Below are positions 46,311 through 57,457 of a stretch of 64,000 nucleotides of DNA, piece after piece (position 1 is the first letter of the stretch; each line of letters starts with the position of its first letter). Source of the DNA: Cyanophora paradoxa CCMP329 (Eukaryota > Plantae > Glaucophyta); assembly GCA_004431415.1 (NCBI GenBank), contig QPMI01000563.1, forward strand, positions 62,001 through 126,000, read 5' to 3'. The notes beneath the pieces are model-generated. The model did no database searches, had not been told where the DNA came from, and saw only the letters and a program-made list of their open reading frames with translations. The translations under genes were made by a program, and so were the position numbers.

Positions 46311-47449
46311 CGATGGGGCGGCCGCGGGACCCGCCGCACGTGCACGCGCCATTTAGCTATGCAATATAAGTTTGTTCAATTTATCACATGTCACATATAT
46401 ATCTTGATCTCACACCACTATTACTGCTCCCCATGCCTGACTCCGGGAAAGATCGGCGCCCCACCTGACTCCGGGCCAATGCTGCTATCCCTGTCCCCTT
46501 ATACCTTGCCTCCAAACAGCGCCACCCGAGGGCATTACGGAGCCCGGTTCTCGTTAATCGCTGTCTCAGCAAATCTATCCAATGATCCGCGGCCCGCAAC
46601 CACGCGTACGCACCGTGTACAGGTGGCATTGCAGCGGCGACAGGGTCTGCGCGGACAAGGTCTGCGGCGACACCGTGGGGAGACCCCTCGCGTGGGGACG
46701 CCGCTGACGTCGACGTCGACGTCGACGCGCACAGCTGCAGCCCCGATTCTGCGCGCCGTGCACGGGAACACGTGCACGCGGTCGACGTCAGCCATAGTAC
46801 TAGTGTGCACTAAGTAAGCACTAAGCTAGCCATAGCTACAGCATACAGTACTCGATTTATCGATGTACCGGCTGCAGCGCTAGCTGCGGTACTAGTACAT
46901 CGATGCCCGCTGCGCACGCATGCCCGGCCCGCGGCCGGCCCACTAGCACTAGCTAGTACTAGTACTACCGCGTGCGCACCGCGGGGAGACCCCTCGCGAT
47001 CCTGGAGGTAGTCAGTTGTCATGGCGACAGGCACATTGTTGCCGCCATCTGCAGGGCCTGCGCGAAAGAGTTCGAGAAATGGTCGACGAGACATATGCAT
47101 GCAATGTGACCGATCGTGGGGAAAACACGCACGGCTCTTCTCCACTTCATCTTTATTCGGCACGGCATCACCGGAAGCACAGCCAGAGCCAGCCTGCGGC
47201 ATCCTAGCTGCCGCGGCCGGCTGGCTAGTTTCGGGAGCCGGCCGCGGGGCGGTCAGTGGCCCTGCGCTCTACCGCGGCTGTTGCTCGCCTAGACGCGTTG
47301 GCGCGGCTTGGCGAGAAGCAGTCGCGGAGGCGAGGGCCACCGTCCCCGGGTACAGACACCGGTCGGCTGGTCGAGCGCTGATCATGAATCGACCGGTGGC
47401 GGTCGATCAGACTCTGGGCAGCTGGAGTGCGCACCCGAGTTCAGCCGCG

Positions 47450-49255
47450 TAAGCTTGCGTGTGCACGGAGACCGCTCGACGGCGATCCGAGTTCAGCCGC
47501 GTGCGCATCCGCGCCGAGCGCCTCGGTCGTTCGAGGCGGCCGTCGCCTCCGCAGGTGGAGGCGTTCACGAGAGCGACAGCCCGCCCGCGACGCCGCCACG
47601 CGAGCTGCTGCAGTTCCGCCGGCGGCCTCTCCGCCCGGCGAGACGAGATCCTGGCGAGATCATGGCGTCTGGGGAGCTGTCGGACTTGTTAGCTAACGGC
47701 GTGCGCATGCTCACTGTGCTGCAGGTGCTCAAATGTTAGCGAAAAGTCGCGCGCACGCTAACATTTGATCCGCCTTCGCGCAGGACCCCGAGCTCGGCCG
47801 CACGTTCTACGTGGTCGGAACGTCACACGTGTCCCCTTCCTCTGCGTACGACGTCCGCCGCGTGCGCCTCTGCTTCGAGCTCGCCGCGTGGCCCGTCCCC
47901 TCCGACGCCGCGCACTGCAGGTCATGCGCAGCGTGCAGCCCGACGCGGTGGTCGTCGGTGCGCGCGGGGTTCCTCTTCGGGCGCTGCGCGTCCGCCGACG
48001 CCGCCGGCCGCGCCTGCAGAGCTGTGCCGCAGCCGCGTGGCGACAATGTTCCCGCCCGAGGGCGAGGGCGAGGAGCCGGCGCCGGGCCCGTCGCGCCCGC
48101 CCCTCAACGTCGCCGACGCGCTCGCGTCGTTCCGCAAGTTCGGCCCGACGGTGCCGACCCGCCCGCCCCCGCTCGGGCCCGCCCGCCAGCCGGCCCGACC
48201 CGCCGGCAGGCCGCCCTCGCCGCGCTGCTGGTCGGGGCGGTCCAGGGCACGGCCGCCGCCGCCTCCGGCCGGTGCGCCGATAGGGCAGCCTCGCGCATCG
48301 CCTTCGCGCGCCGCGCCGTGCCCAGCGACCTTCCGCGCAGGAGCGCCGGAGGGGAGTTCCGAGCCGCCGCGGAGGAGGCGCTGGCGCTGGTGCGGGCGTT
48401 CCCCCGAGGGGTGTGAGGAGTCACACTAAAAGCTCGCCGCAGGACGCGGAGATCATCCTTGGCGACCGCCCCCTGGAGGCCCGGGCGTGCGCGCCGCCCC
48501 GCGCGGGCGCCTCTGACGCGGCGCCCGCCCTCCGCAGATCACTTTCAGGCGCCTCGTGGCGTCGCTCTCCCCTCGCCAGGCCCGCCGCCCGCGGACCCCG
48601 TACCCCCTCCGCCTCTCACCCCTCCCCGCAGCTCCTTGCATTGGCTGGCGCAATGTCCAAAGCCATCGCGTCGGTTCGTGCCCCGGATCGAGCCCGTACC
48701 CCAGACGGTGTGCCCTCCAATCCGCACGCAGGGCAAGGCGGCGGAAGGGGTACAGGGCCCCTCGGACCTACGCGTGGAGGAGGCCATCCGCAGCCTCAGA
48801 GAGTGGCATGCATGCCCCCCGACCCCCCCATCCTCCCCTCCGTCCCCACAACGACGCGGTCCCCCGCAGGTGCCCGCCGCTGGAGAGGGTCCTGCTCGCC
48901 GAGCGCGACACGTACCTCGTCTGGTCCCTCCGCTACTCCCGCGGTGCCCCCCGCCGCCCCGCCCCGGCCCCCGCCCCGCCTCACCGCCCCCCCGGCAGCG
49001 TCGCTGCCGTGCCGGAGCATCGTGGGTGTGGTGGGGGCGGGACACGTGCCGGGCATCGTGGCCGGGTGGGACGCCCCGGACGCCCGCCGCCGCACCGAGC
49101 TCCTCGAGGCGCGCCCCGCCCCTCCCGCCCCCCTCTCCATCCCGCCCCGCGACGCCCCCGGCAGATCCCGGAGCGGCCGCCCGGGACGCGCCGCCTGTGG
49201 GCCGCCCTCGGTGCCGCCTCGGCCGCCCTCGGTGCCGGCCGGCCGGCCGCCTCGG
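47450..49255 (+). pseudogene. Inverted duplicate of the TraB gene lacking the MAAF start and hydrophobic C-tail (pseudogene or chimeric gene)
   Basis: High identity to the reverse complement of ~26840-28621 including introns; first in-frame ATG at ~47662. Confidence 0.85.
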
Positions 49256-51787
49256 CCGCGCCGGCACCACCACCCGCACCCCGACCCTCGGCGAGGCCGA
49301 CGAGGAGGACGAGGACGAGGAAGAGGACGAAGAAGACGAGGATGAGGACGAGGACGACGACGAGGAGGAGGACGAAGAGGAGGAATAGGAGGAAGAGGGG
49401 AGCTCGGCGCCGCCTGGCGAGCAGTCGCGCGCCGAGTCGCGGGTGGAGTACGGTGCGCTCCTCCGAAGCGCCCCATCCGCAGCGGTCGCTCGGGCCCGCC
49501 TGGCGCCTCACGGGCCGGGGCGCGCAGAGTACCAGGACGGGACGACGGCGCGGGACCTGGGGATGTTCAGCCCGAGGCAGGCCGCCGAGGCGGCGCGCAG
49601 GGCGGGACTCGGCGCCTGGGCCGGCCACGCCGCCGCCGGCACCGCCTCCTCGTCCAGAAAGCGGCAGCCGGCCGGCGGCGCGGCGGCGCTGGGTACGGAG
49701 GTCGGGCGCTTCTGGGCCGCCGTCGGCTCCCCAGGTGCACCCCCCTCGAGCCTTTCGCCGCACTACCGTCGGCTGAGCGCGGCGCTGCGCGCAGGGACGG
49801 GCACGGGGTCCGGGACGGCCTCGGGGGGCGCCTCGTCCGAGCCGGCGGACTCGGCGCGGCAGGCGGCGGCCCCGGCGGGGCGGGCGAGGGCGCGGGGTCG
49901 CCGCGGCGGCACGTCTTCAAGCAGCGGCGGAAGAAGCGGCGCGGGTCGGACGGCTCGGAGGGCAAGGAGGTGGGGGGCCAGGGCTCCCCCGCCGCCGCAA
50001 CAGGTGCCTCGCCGCGCCAGAGCCCCCCCGCGCCTCGCGGGGCGGGCGTGAACGAGGGGGCGGGGCCAGCGCGGGGGCGATGGCGTCGTGGCTGGCGACG
50101 CACGCGCACTTCACCGTGCGGGACCTCACGCAGCGCGGCCTCGCCCCGGCACGGTCCCCGCCAGCGACGACGGCAGCCTCGCCACCACCCAGGCCCGCCC
50201 CCGCCCGCCCCGCCCCGCCCCGCCAGGCCAGGTCGCTGAGGGGCGGGGCCAGGGGAGCGCGAGCATGGTGGCCTGCGAGCACGGCGTCGTCGTCCTCATG
50301 GCGCGTCCTCGCCCCCCGCCCCGCGCCCCGCCCGGGCCCCCCGCCCCGCTGACCGGCGCCTCCCCCGTGCGCGCAGGAGATGGTGGGGAAGGGGACGAAC
50401 GGGCGGGTGTACCGGGGCCGCCTCGGGGAGCGCACCGTCGCCGTCAAGCGCGTCTCCCTCGCCGTGCGCCCCGCCCCCCGAGCCCGCCCCCTCGCCCCTC
50501 CCCTGAAGGCCCCCTCGTCGTGCACGCAGGGGGCGACGGCGAAGGTCGAGAAGCTGGCGCGCCTCGAGATCGCGATGCTCTCCCAGCTCAAGCACCCCAA
50601 CATCGTCGAGTCCGCCCCCCCCGCCCCGCCCCGCCCCTTCCGGGGCCTGCGGGCTGACGCGGCGGGGCCGGGGCAGGTACTACGGCACGGCGTACGACGC
50701 GGCCGGGATGCAGCACATCGACATGATCATGGAGTTCGTCGAGGGGTCCGCCCCCCGCCGCCTCCCGTCCCCTCCTCCCTGTACGTAGCGGGGCGCGGGC
50801 GCGGGGCGCAGGTGCACGCTCTCGGACTTCGTCTCGCGGCGGGGGAGCGGCCTGCCCGAGCCCGAGGCCGCCCGCCTCGTCGCCCAGGCGCGCTGCGGCC
50901 CCCTCTCTTGGCTGCCTCGCTTCGGCTTGACGCCTGTCCCGCGGCAGATCCTGGACGGGCTCGCCTACCTCCACTCCAAGCGCATCATCCACAGGGACCT
51001 CAAGGCGCGCCCCCGGCGCCCTGCCCCCTCCTCCAGTTGCTGTACCCCCTCCGAGGCCCTCCGCAGCCGGCGAACGTGATCGTGACGCCGGACCTCGTCG
51101 TCAAGATCATCGACTTCGGCGTCTCCGCGCAGGTCCGGCACCGCGCGGTTGAACTGGGCGCACTGCTTCTCCGATCCTGATTCGCGTACCCTGCTCTCCT
51201 CGAAAGCTCCGCGACCTGGCGGCGCTGCGGAGGAGCTGCGTGGGTACCCCCTGGTACCTCGCCCCCGAGGTCATCTGCCTCGAGCAGTACAGCTACCAGG
51301 TACCCCCGCCCGCTCCCTCCCCTCCCTCCCATTTTTATCTTACCTCGCTCCAGGCCGACTGCTGGTCCCTCGGCTGTTCCCTCGCGGAGCTCCTCACCGG
51401 TCACAGGCGCGCCGTGCCGCGTACCCTCCAGCCCTTCTACCCCGTTTGTGAACCGGGGTACAGGGTTTACGAGGACTTCAACGCTGTGGCGTGCATGTTC
51501 CGCATGGTGAACGACCCGCACCCGCCCATACCCCCCTCCGCCAGGTCCGAGGCCTCGCGCTGCCCCCCTCTTCCTGTGTCCGCCCTCTGAGCAGCCTCCC
51601 CGCAGCCCCGCCTGCGCCGCATTCCTGCAGGCGTGCTTCACGCGCAACTGGCGCGACGTGCGCTCTCCCGCTCTCGCCTCCGCCTCGCCCGTCGCCTCTG
51701 ATGCCGCGCGCGCTGGCGGCTCCACGCCTGCAGCGCCCTACGGCCGAGCAGCTGCGGCGACATCCTTTCATCACCTCCAACCTCTGA
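49256..51787 (+). pseudogene. Direct duplicate of the 3' part of the kinase gene; kinase domain exons appear intact
   Basis: Matches 38042-40586; TAG at 49386-49388 and a 1-nt deletion near 50146 upstream, but an open spliced kinase frame from ATG 50265 to TGA 51787. Confidence 0.85.
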
Positions 51788-52378
51788 CCCCCTCCCGAAT
51801 TCAGCTGATCGGATGTCATGCTTTTCCAGTCAGCAGGTAGTGCACTCATTTAGCTATAGTTATCGATGTGTAGTATTAGCTCTGCAGGCTCGCGCGCAAA
51901 GTTAGCGCTGCAAATGAAAGATCGAGTGGGCATGATCAGCTAGCGCTGATCTGGCAGGTGCGCTTTCAGGTGCCAGTCAGGCGCATGGCCGGAATTTACG
52001 TGCAGGCCAGATGATAAGGGGAAGCAGCACTGATTAACCTCATGAGGCTGAGGCGGCTTCATCGAATTTTCGAATTTATTGAATGGCCGGGGATGGTTTT
52101 GAGCTGGGGTACACGCTCGGCAGGCTCGAGCTTTGGCGCCGGCGCCAGCGCATCAACCGCAGCATTCCATACGGCCGGCGAGCACATTTTAGAGCGCGCT
52201 CTACGAAACCTGAGCCCGCCCAACTGCAACGGTGACCGCCCGTGGTCAGGTTTCGTGTGCGCCGATTCGGTTGCTGGGCTCCCCTCCGCTTTCCCGGGCG
52301 CAGCTGACCCTTCCGCCGGCTTGCAGGACTCTGAACAAAGAATTTTGACTCTTCATCCCTGCGCCCAGCCCGTCGAAT

Positions 52379-53200
52379 ATGGCAACATCGGCAACAATGG
52401 CAACTCGGTCGCTGTCTCCTCCGACGCCGGGCGCCGGTGCCGCGGAAGTGCCACTGATGCTTCACGTCGCTTCCTCGCCCCTCTTCGATGGCACAGTTCC
52501 CGAGACCCCGCCCGCCGCGTACGACGACACGGAGGTCAACACCGACCAGGGGGCGAGCGTGTTCCAGCTGTTCCAGTCGCTCGTTTCGTCTGCACATGCG
52601 GATGGCTCCACCTTCTCATCGCCCCGCCTGGTCCGCGCCCGAGCGGCTGGACCAAACGGCTGCCCCGCGCTCAATTTGATGCGCAGCCGTCCCCGATGCT
52701 GCTGGCGACGCCGGCGGGCGCGCCAGAAGACGACGTGTTTTCTTGGTTCACGCTCGAGGATCCCAACGGGTCACCCGGCCCCGCCCTGCCGACCGCTTCC
52801 CAGCCGGACGCCGTCCGGCCCACCGCCGTCCGCCCGCCCTCCCCGCGCCAGCCGCCCGCGGCCGCCTCCGCCGTTCCGAGCACTTCTTGCGGCTGCGGCA
52901 AGTCGCCGTCCCGGTGCGTGCGACCAGAATCGTTCCGAGCGCGTGACCGGAAGCGTTCCGAGCGCTGACCTGTCCCTCTTCCCGCCGCAGCTGCCACGAG
53001 AAGCGGGCGGCTCGCGTGCACTGCTCGCTCCCCGCATCGAGGTCCGCGCCGCCCTTGGTCCGCTGCTCCCTTGCGCCGCGGCCTGACGGCTCGTCTCCTG
53101 GGCGGCAGGGGCAAGAGCCGGCCCAAGCCCGTCGTCAGCACGCGCCACCCGGCGCCCCACTGAATTTTCGGAGCCCGCCAGGCCGCCAGTCCCCGTGACG
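52379..53200 (+). CDS. Hypothetical Ser/Pro/Ala-rich protein
   Basis: ATG ORF MATSATMATRSLSPPTPG..VFQLFQ followed by intron-like segments; no domain recognised. Confidence 0.35.
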
Positions 53201-54015
53201 GCACGCCACCCAGACCTCATCATTTCCTTTTCGCGTGTGCACAATTTACCTAGAGTCGAGATTTTTTGCAGTACACCGTAGTACGTATTCTCACAGTTCA
53301 GCAAATAGTGCACAGCTGCAGTTTGGTTTGTTTACTTTTTAAGTGGCCGGCGCGGGTCTAAGCCCTGGCCCTTTGCACATATAGTGGGTGGTTCATTTAT
53401 TTGTAGTCGCTTCAGTTATATGCAAAGCAATGCCCGCTTTGCGCTCGATGCATCACATCCGTGTGACTAAGGTTCGGCTTTCACAATCATTAGGTTGATT
53501 GACTCAGTGAAGCAGAACGTTGCGTGCTTTAAATTAGCAGCTGTATAGTGCATACGTACGTTTCTCCATTTCGTGTGGTTTGGCACTTCTTTATTTGCAT
53601 CTATTCTCGAGGCCCTCTCTAGCTCGGGCGGCCCTGGCTGCAATTGGGAAAGTTCGTGCAGTCGTAGTCTTGTCTCGTACTTTTTTACTCGCTTGAGAAA
53701 GTTTCTCGGACGCTTGATTGTCACAGTGTCACAGTGTCGTCCCATGATCGACAACTGCCCGAGTCTGATCGTGAATGCATCATGCCTCGATAGCATTCAG
53801 TAGGTGCCAGTCGGATGTAGCCGCTGAGGCGGCTGAGCCTCGTATACTATGATAGCTATGCATATGTTACTTCGCGTACGTTGATTGTTTTTCTAGCCTA
53901 GTGGATCTCCGGATCTCGAGGATGTCCCTTTGCCTGTTTCGCTAGGACACCGCTGTGTCGTTGTATGTTGAATTGCAGTGCAAAAAGGCCAATACAGCAA
54001 AAAGACTGAACATCG

Positions 54016-57000
54016 CTACAGGTAGACGGCGCTGTCGCGGGCCCCGCTGGGGGCCCCGCCGGCGCTGCGCGGCGGAGGCGAGCTGGGCGCCGTCAGGCTC
54101 CTCGAGGACCCCGACCTGCGATCGAAACCGGATCAAATTCGACGAGCGGAGAGAAGGGAAGAGGAGGCGAGGAAGCAGCGCGCCGCCCGCCGAAGGCAAA
54201 GAGGTTCGAGAGGGAGCGGATCTGACAGCAGGGGGCGCCCGCGGCTCAGAGAGCGGGCGACGGGCCGGAAATGACGCTGGGTGGGGCGCGCGGCCCCGTC
54301 GCCCCCCGCCTCACCTCCGAGACGAGGGAGCCCTTCTCGTTCGGGAAGCACTGTGGGCACCGCGAGCGCCGCTCCGCCTTCGCCTGAGGTGGGAGTCAGG
54401 CTGAGCGCGGGAAGGGCAAGGGAGAGGGGGCGGAATCGGAGGGAGGGGCGCCTGGGCGTAGGTCATCGTCTCGCGCGCCCCGTGGCACCCGTGCCTGCCC
54501 GCCGCCGCGCTCAGGGGGCACGCGGGCGCGTGCGGCGGCGGGGGGTGCGCGCTTGAGGTGGAACTTGCGGCTCGTGTTCTTGACGTCGCTCACGAAGACC
54601 AGCTCGTCGCTGCGGCGAGCCCGCTCGAGTCAGGCGCGAGACGCCCCCACGGGGCGGGGCACGGGTGCGGATCGCACTCGGCGGGCTCGCTGGTGCCTCC
54701 CCGCTGGCGCGCGGGGCTCAGGAGGCGCTCGCGGCTGTTCTTGAGGCGCGGGTCGGGCGAGGGCGAGAGGTCCGGGTTGCGCGAGGGGGGCGCCCGCCGG
54801 TCGGGCGAGGCGCTCCGGCGCAGCGGGGAGGGCGAGCGGGGCGCGGGGCCGAAGGAGGAGGGGCGGGCGGGGCTCGCGAAGGGAGAGGGGCGGGCGGGGC
54901 TGCCCACGCCCGGGGCGCTGCTGCGCGCGTGCGCCGCCCCCGCCGCCGAGCCGCTGGAGACCGCCGGCGAGGCTCGCGAGCTGTTGTTGAAGAAGGGCGA
55001 CGGCGCCTTGCACTCCTCGCACGGCTGCGCGCGGCAAGCGCCGGTTCGAACCCGCGCGGGACCTTCGAGAGAAGAGAGAGATCCCCCACCTGGCGCCCCT
55101 CGTGGACCGCATCGAGGAGCGCCATCGGGAACCTGGTTCGAATCAGGCGGGGAGCATTCCGCGGCGCGGGGAACGGCGTAGAAAAGCGCGCGCCTGGAGC
55201 CGCCGCAGGAGAGCCGGGCGTGATAGAGCGTTGCCCGGTCCAGGTTGGCAACGTACACGACGACCCTGGGGATACAACGATTGAGGATGCGATTAAAACG
55301 GGGGGGGGGGGGGGGGGGGGGGGGGGGTTTGGACGCACGGGGCGGGGACGGGCGGGGAGGAGGGGCGGGAGGGGGACGGGGCCCGCTGCGCGGAGGCTCG
55401 AAGGAGGCGGCAGAGAGCAGGGCGGGGGGTACGAGTTCGAAAGGGACCTGGAGGCCGCTGAAGGAGTCGATGGAGGCGGTGAGGTTGGGGGTGGACGTGC
55501 CCCCGGAGGGGACGGTGGGCGGGGACGAGTGGCCCGAGACCGAGGCCCGCGCGGGGCCCACCAGGGGCGAGTCGTACGCGCTCGGGCGCCCCGGCTGCTG
55601 CGGCGGGGGCCCGTCACGCGGCGCCGGCGCGCGGGAGGAGGGGGGCGCTGCCGCACGGCGGAGGCGTGTGCGCTGAGGTAGGGCGAGCGCATCGCCTTGG
55701 CGTGCTCGAGGATGCCCCTCAGGAAGAGCCCGTAGCTCGCCCCTGCCCCGCCCCGCCCGGCCCTCAGCGCGGAGGCCGCCGCCGGCGGGGTCGGCCGCCC
55801 CGGCCCGCACCGTCCGTGGCGTCTCGGCCGCCCGGCGTAAACGCCACGACCTGGCGGGGGCTCCTCGGTGAGGACGCTGGGGCCGGGGCGCGGGGCGCGG
55901 GGCGCGGGGCGCGGGGCGGGCCTCCCAGCGCGAGTCGAGTATGGGAGTCCCCGCCGTCGCCTCGAGCTTCCGCAGCGTGTCTGCCCCGCCCCGCCCGGTG
56001 AGGCCGGTGAGAGAGGACGGCGGCCGGTGAGAGAGGACGCACCGCGGATGACGATGCCGGTGATGACGGTGACGACGCCCACCGCCATCGCCTTGTCCCC
56101 CGCCGGACCCTGCCGCAGGTGCCTGCCCCGCCCAGGCCGCCTTTCAGAGGCCCGGGAAGGCTCCGGGGGCGGCGCGGGGGCGGGGGACGGACACGACGGA
56201 GTCGCCCTGGAGGACCTCGATGGGGCTCGGGGAGACCCGCAGCGCCGGCACCTCCCCCGCCGCCCCGTCCCTGCACGCCACCACCGCGCAGTCCGTCCGC
56301 AGCCGGTGCACCTGCCGCCCCACGGGCCCGGGCGCCGCCCCCGCGTCGATCTCTGGCAGCTCCCGGGGGAGGGGGGCGACGGTGCGGGCCCCCGCCGCAC
56401 CTCGTTGGCGCTTCCGACCAGGGGGATGTCGACGAACTGCGCGAGGGGGAGGGGAGGGTCAGGCGGGGCGGCGCGCCCTGGGCGGGGGGCGCGAGCTCGG
56501 AGGAGGAGGAAGCGGACCTCGGCGCTCCAGAAGAAGGCCTGCGGGTCCAGCCGCACCTCCACCACCCGGCCCCCCTGCCCACCCCCGCCACCCTCAGAGC
56601 CCCCGCAGCAGGCGCACATTACTCCGGCGGGTGGGCGCGCGCGCCGGCCCGATGAACGTGCAGACTGCCTCGGCCGCCGCCGCCGCCGTCGGGAGCGCGC
56701 GGCTCGTCGTGACGACGAGCAGGCGCTCCGGCCGCTCCGGCAGGCGCATAAGAAAGCCCGACGCCTTTCCTGGGCGGCCGGCGAGCCGGCGAGCATGCGT
56801 CGGCGCGCGGCGGAGCGGCGGCGAACACGCGCGGCGCACGCACCCGCCGGGGAGGAGACGCGGCCCAGGGCGCACATCTTCCTCGTCATCTCCTCCGACG
56901 TGAGCAGCTGCGGCGTCGGAATCGCCGTGGTGTCGACCATCTGTTCACGAGGGTTCCTCCGAGCCATGCCGAGCGATCCAGGCTGCGACCCGCGACACCA

Positions 57001-57342
57001 GCTGCATGCGCGGCGCGGCGAGTGGCGTTACCGGCAAAGACAGATGCATACGCGAGCTCTAAAGCCAGCACGCCCCCCGCTCGCGGCTAAAAGCCGACAC
57101 ACGGCTCCGCAGCAGAACAGGCGGCGGATACCCCGCGGCGGTGACCTAGCATGCGCAGCAAATAGAATATTATAATCGACGCACGCAATAAGCGGTGTGA
57201 GTACAGAGGTGCAGCCCGTCGTGCAGCCGGTCGTGCAGCCGGCAAGAACGACCTTGGCCTCCGCCGCGAACTTCTCCACCTGCGAGCTGATGTCTGGCAT
57301 CGAAGCCATGTACTCTTCCGGGTTCGCCCGCCTCGACGCCAT
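54016..57342 (-). CDS. Hypothetical multi-exon protein with two C-terminal H-x4-C-xn-C-x2-C putative Zn-binding modules
   Basis: Spliced modules VYVANLDRATLYHARLSCGGSRFPMALLDAVHEGRQPCEEC and VFVSDVKNTSRKFHLKHGCHGARETMTYAQAKAERRSRCPQCFP; start either 57342 or 56967. Confidence 0.6.
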
Positions 57343-57457
57343 CGGAGCCGGCTGCAACGTATGTCTGTCTCCGCCGAGTGCGAACGCAGTTGCCCTGTAC
57401 CCGATCTGAGCAAATTCAAGCAAATTCAAGCAGTTTCGCGGCTTCGCATCGGTGACA

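Larger units (their letters stand above)
40600..47440. other. Lower-GC island (possible inserted or mobile-derived segment)
   Basis: Visibly balanced base composition versus very GC-rich flanks (the 146-bp array is GC-rich); contains a GIY-YIG/CCHC gene, microsatellite and tandem array; no TIR or TSD found. Confidence 0.55.

Noticed and set aside
47386-47427. Helitron-like 3' end (hairpin ATCGACCG-gtgg-CGGTCGAT followed by CTGG)
   Set aside because: The CTRR is not followed by T, no matching 5' terminus was identified and no Rep/helicase is encoded in the island
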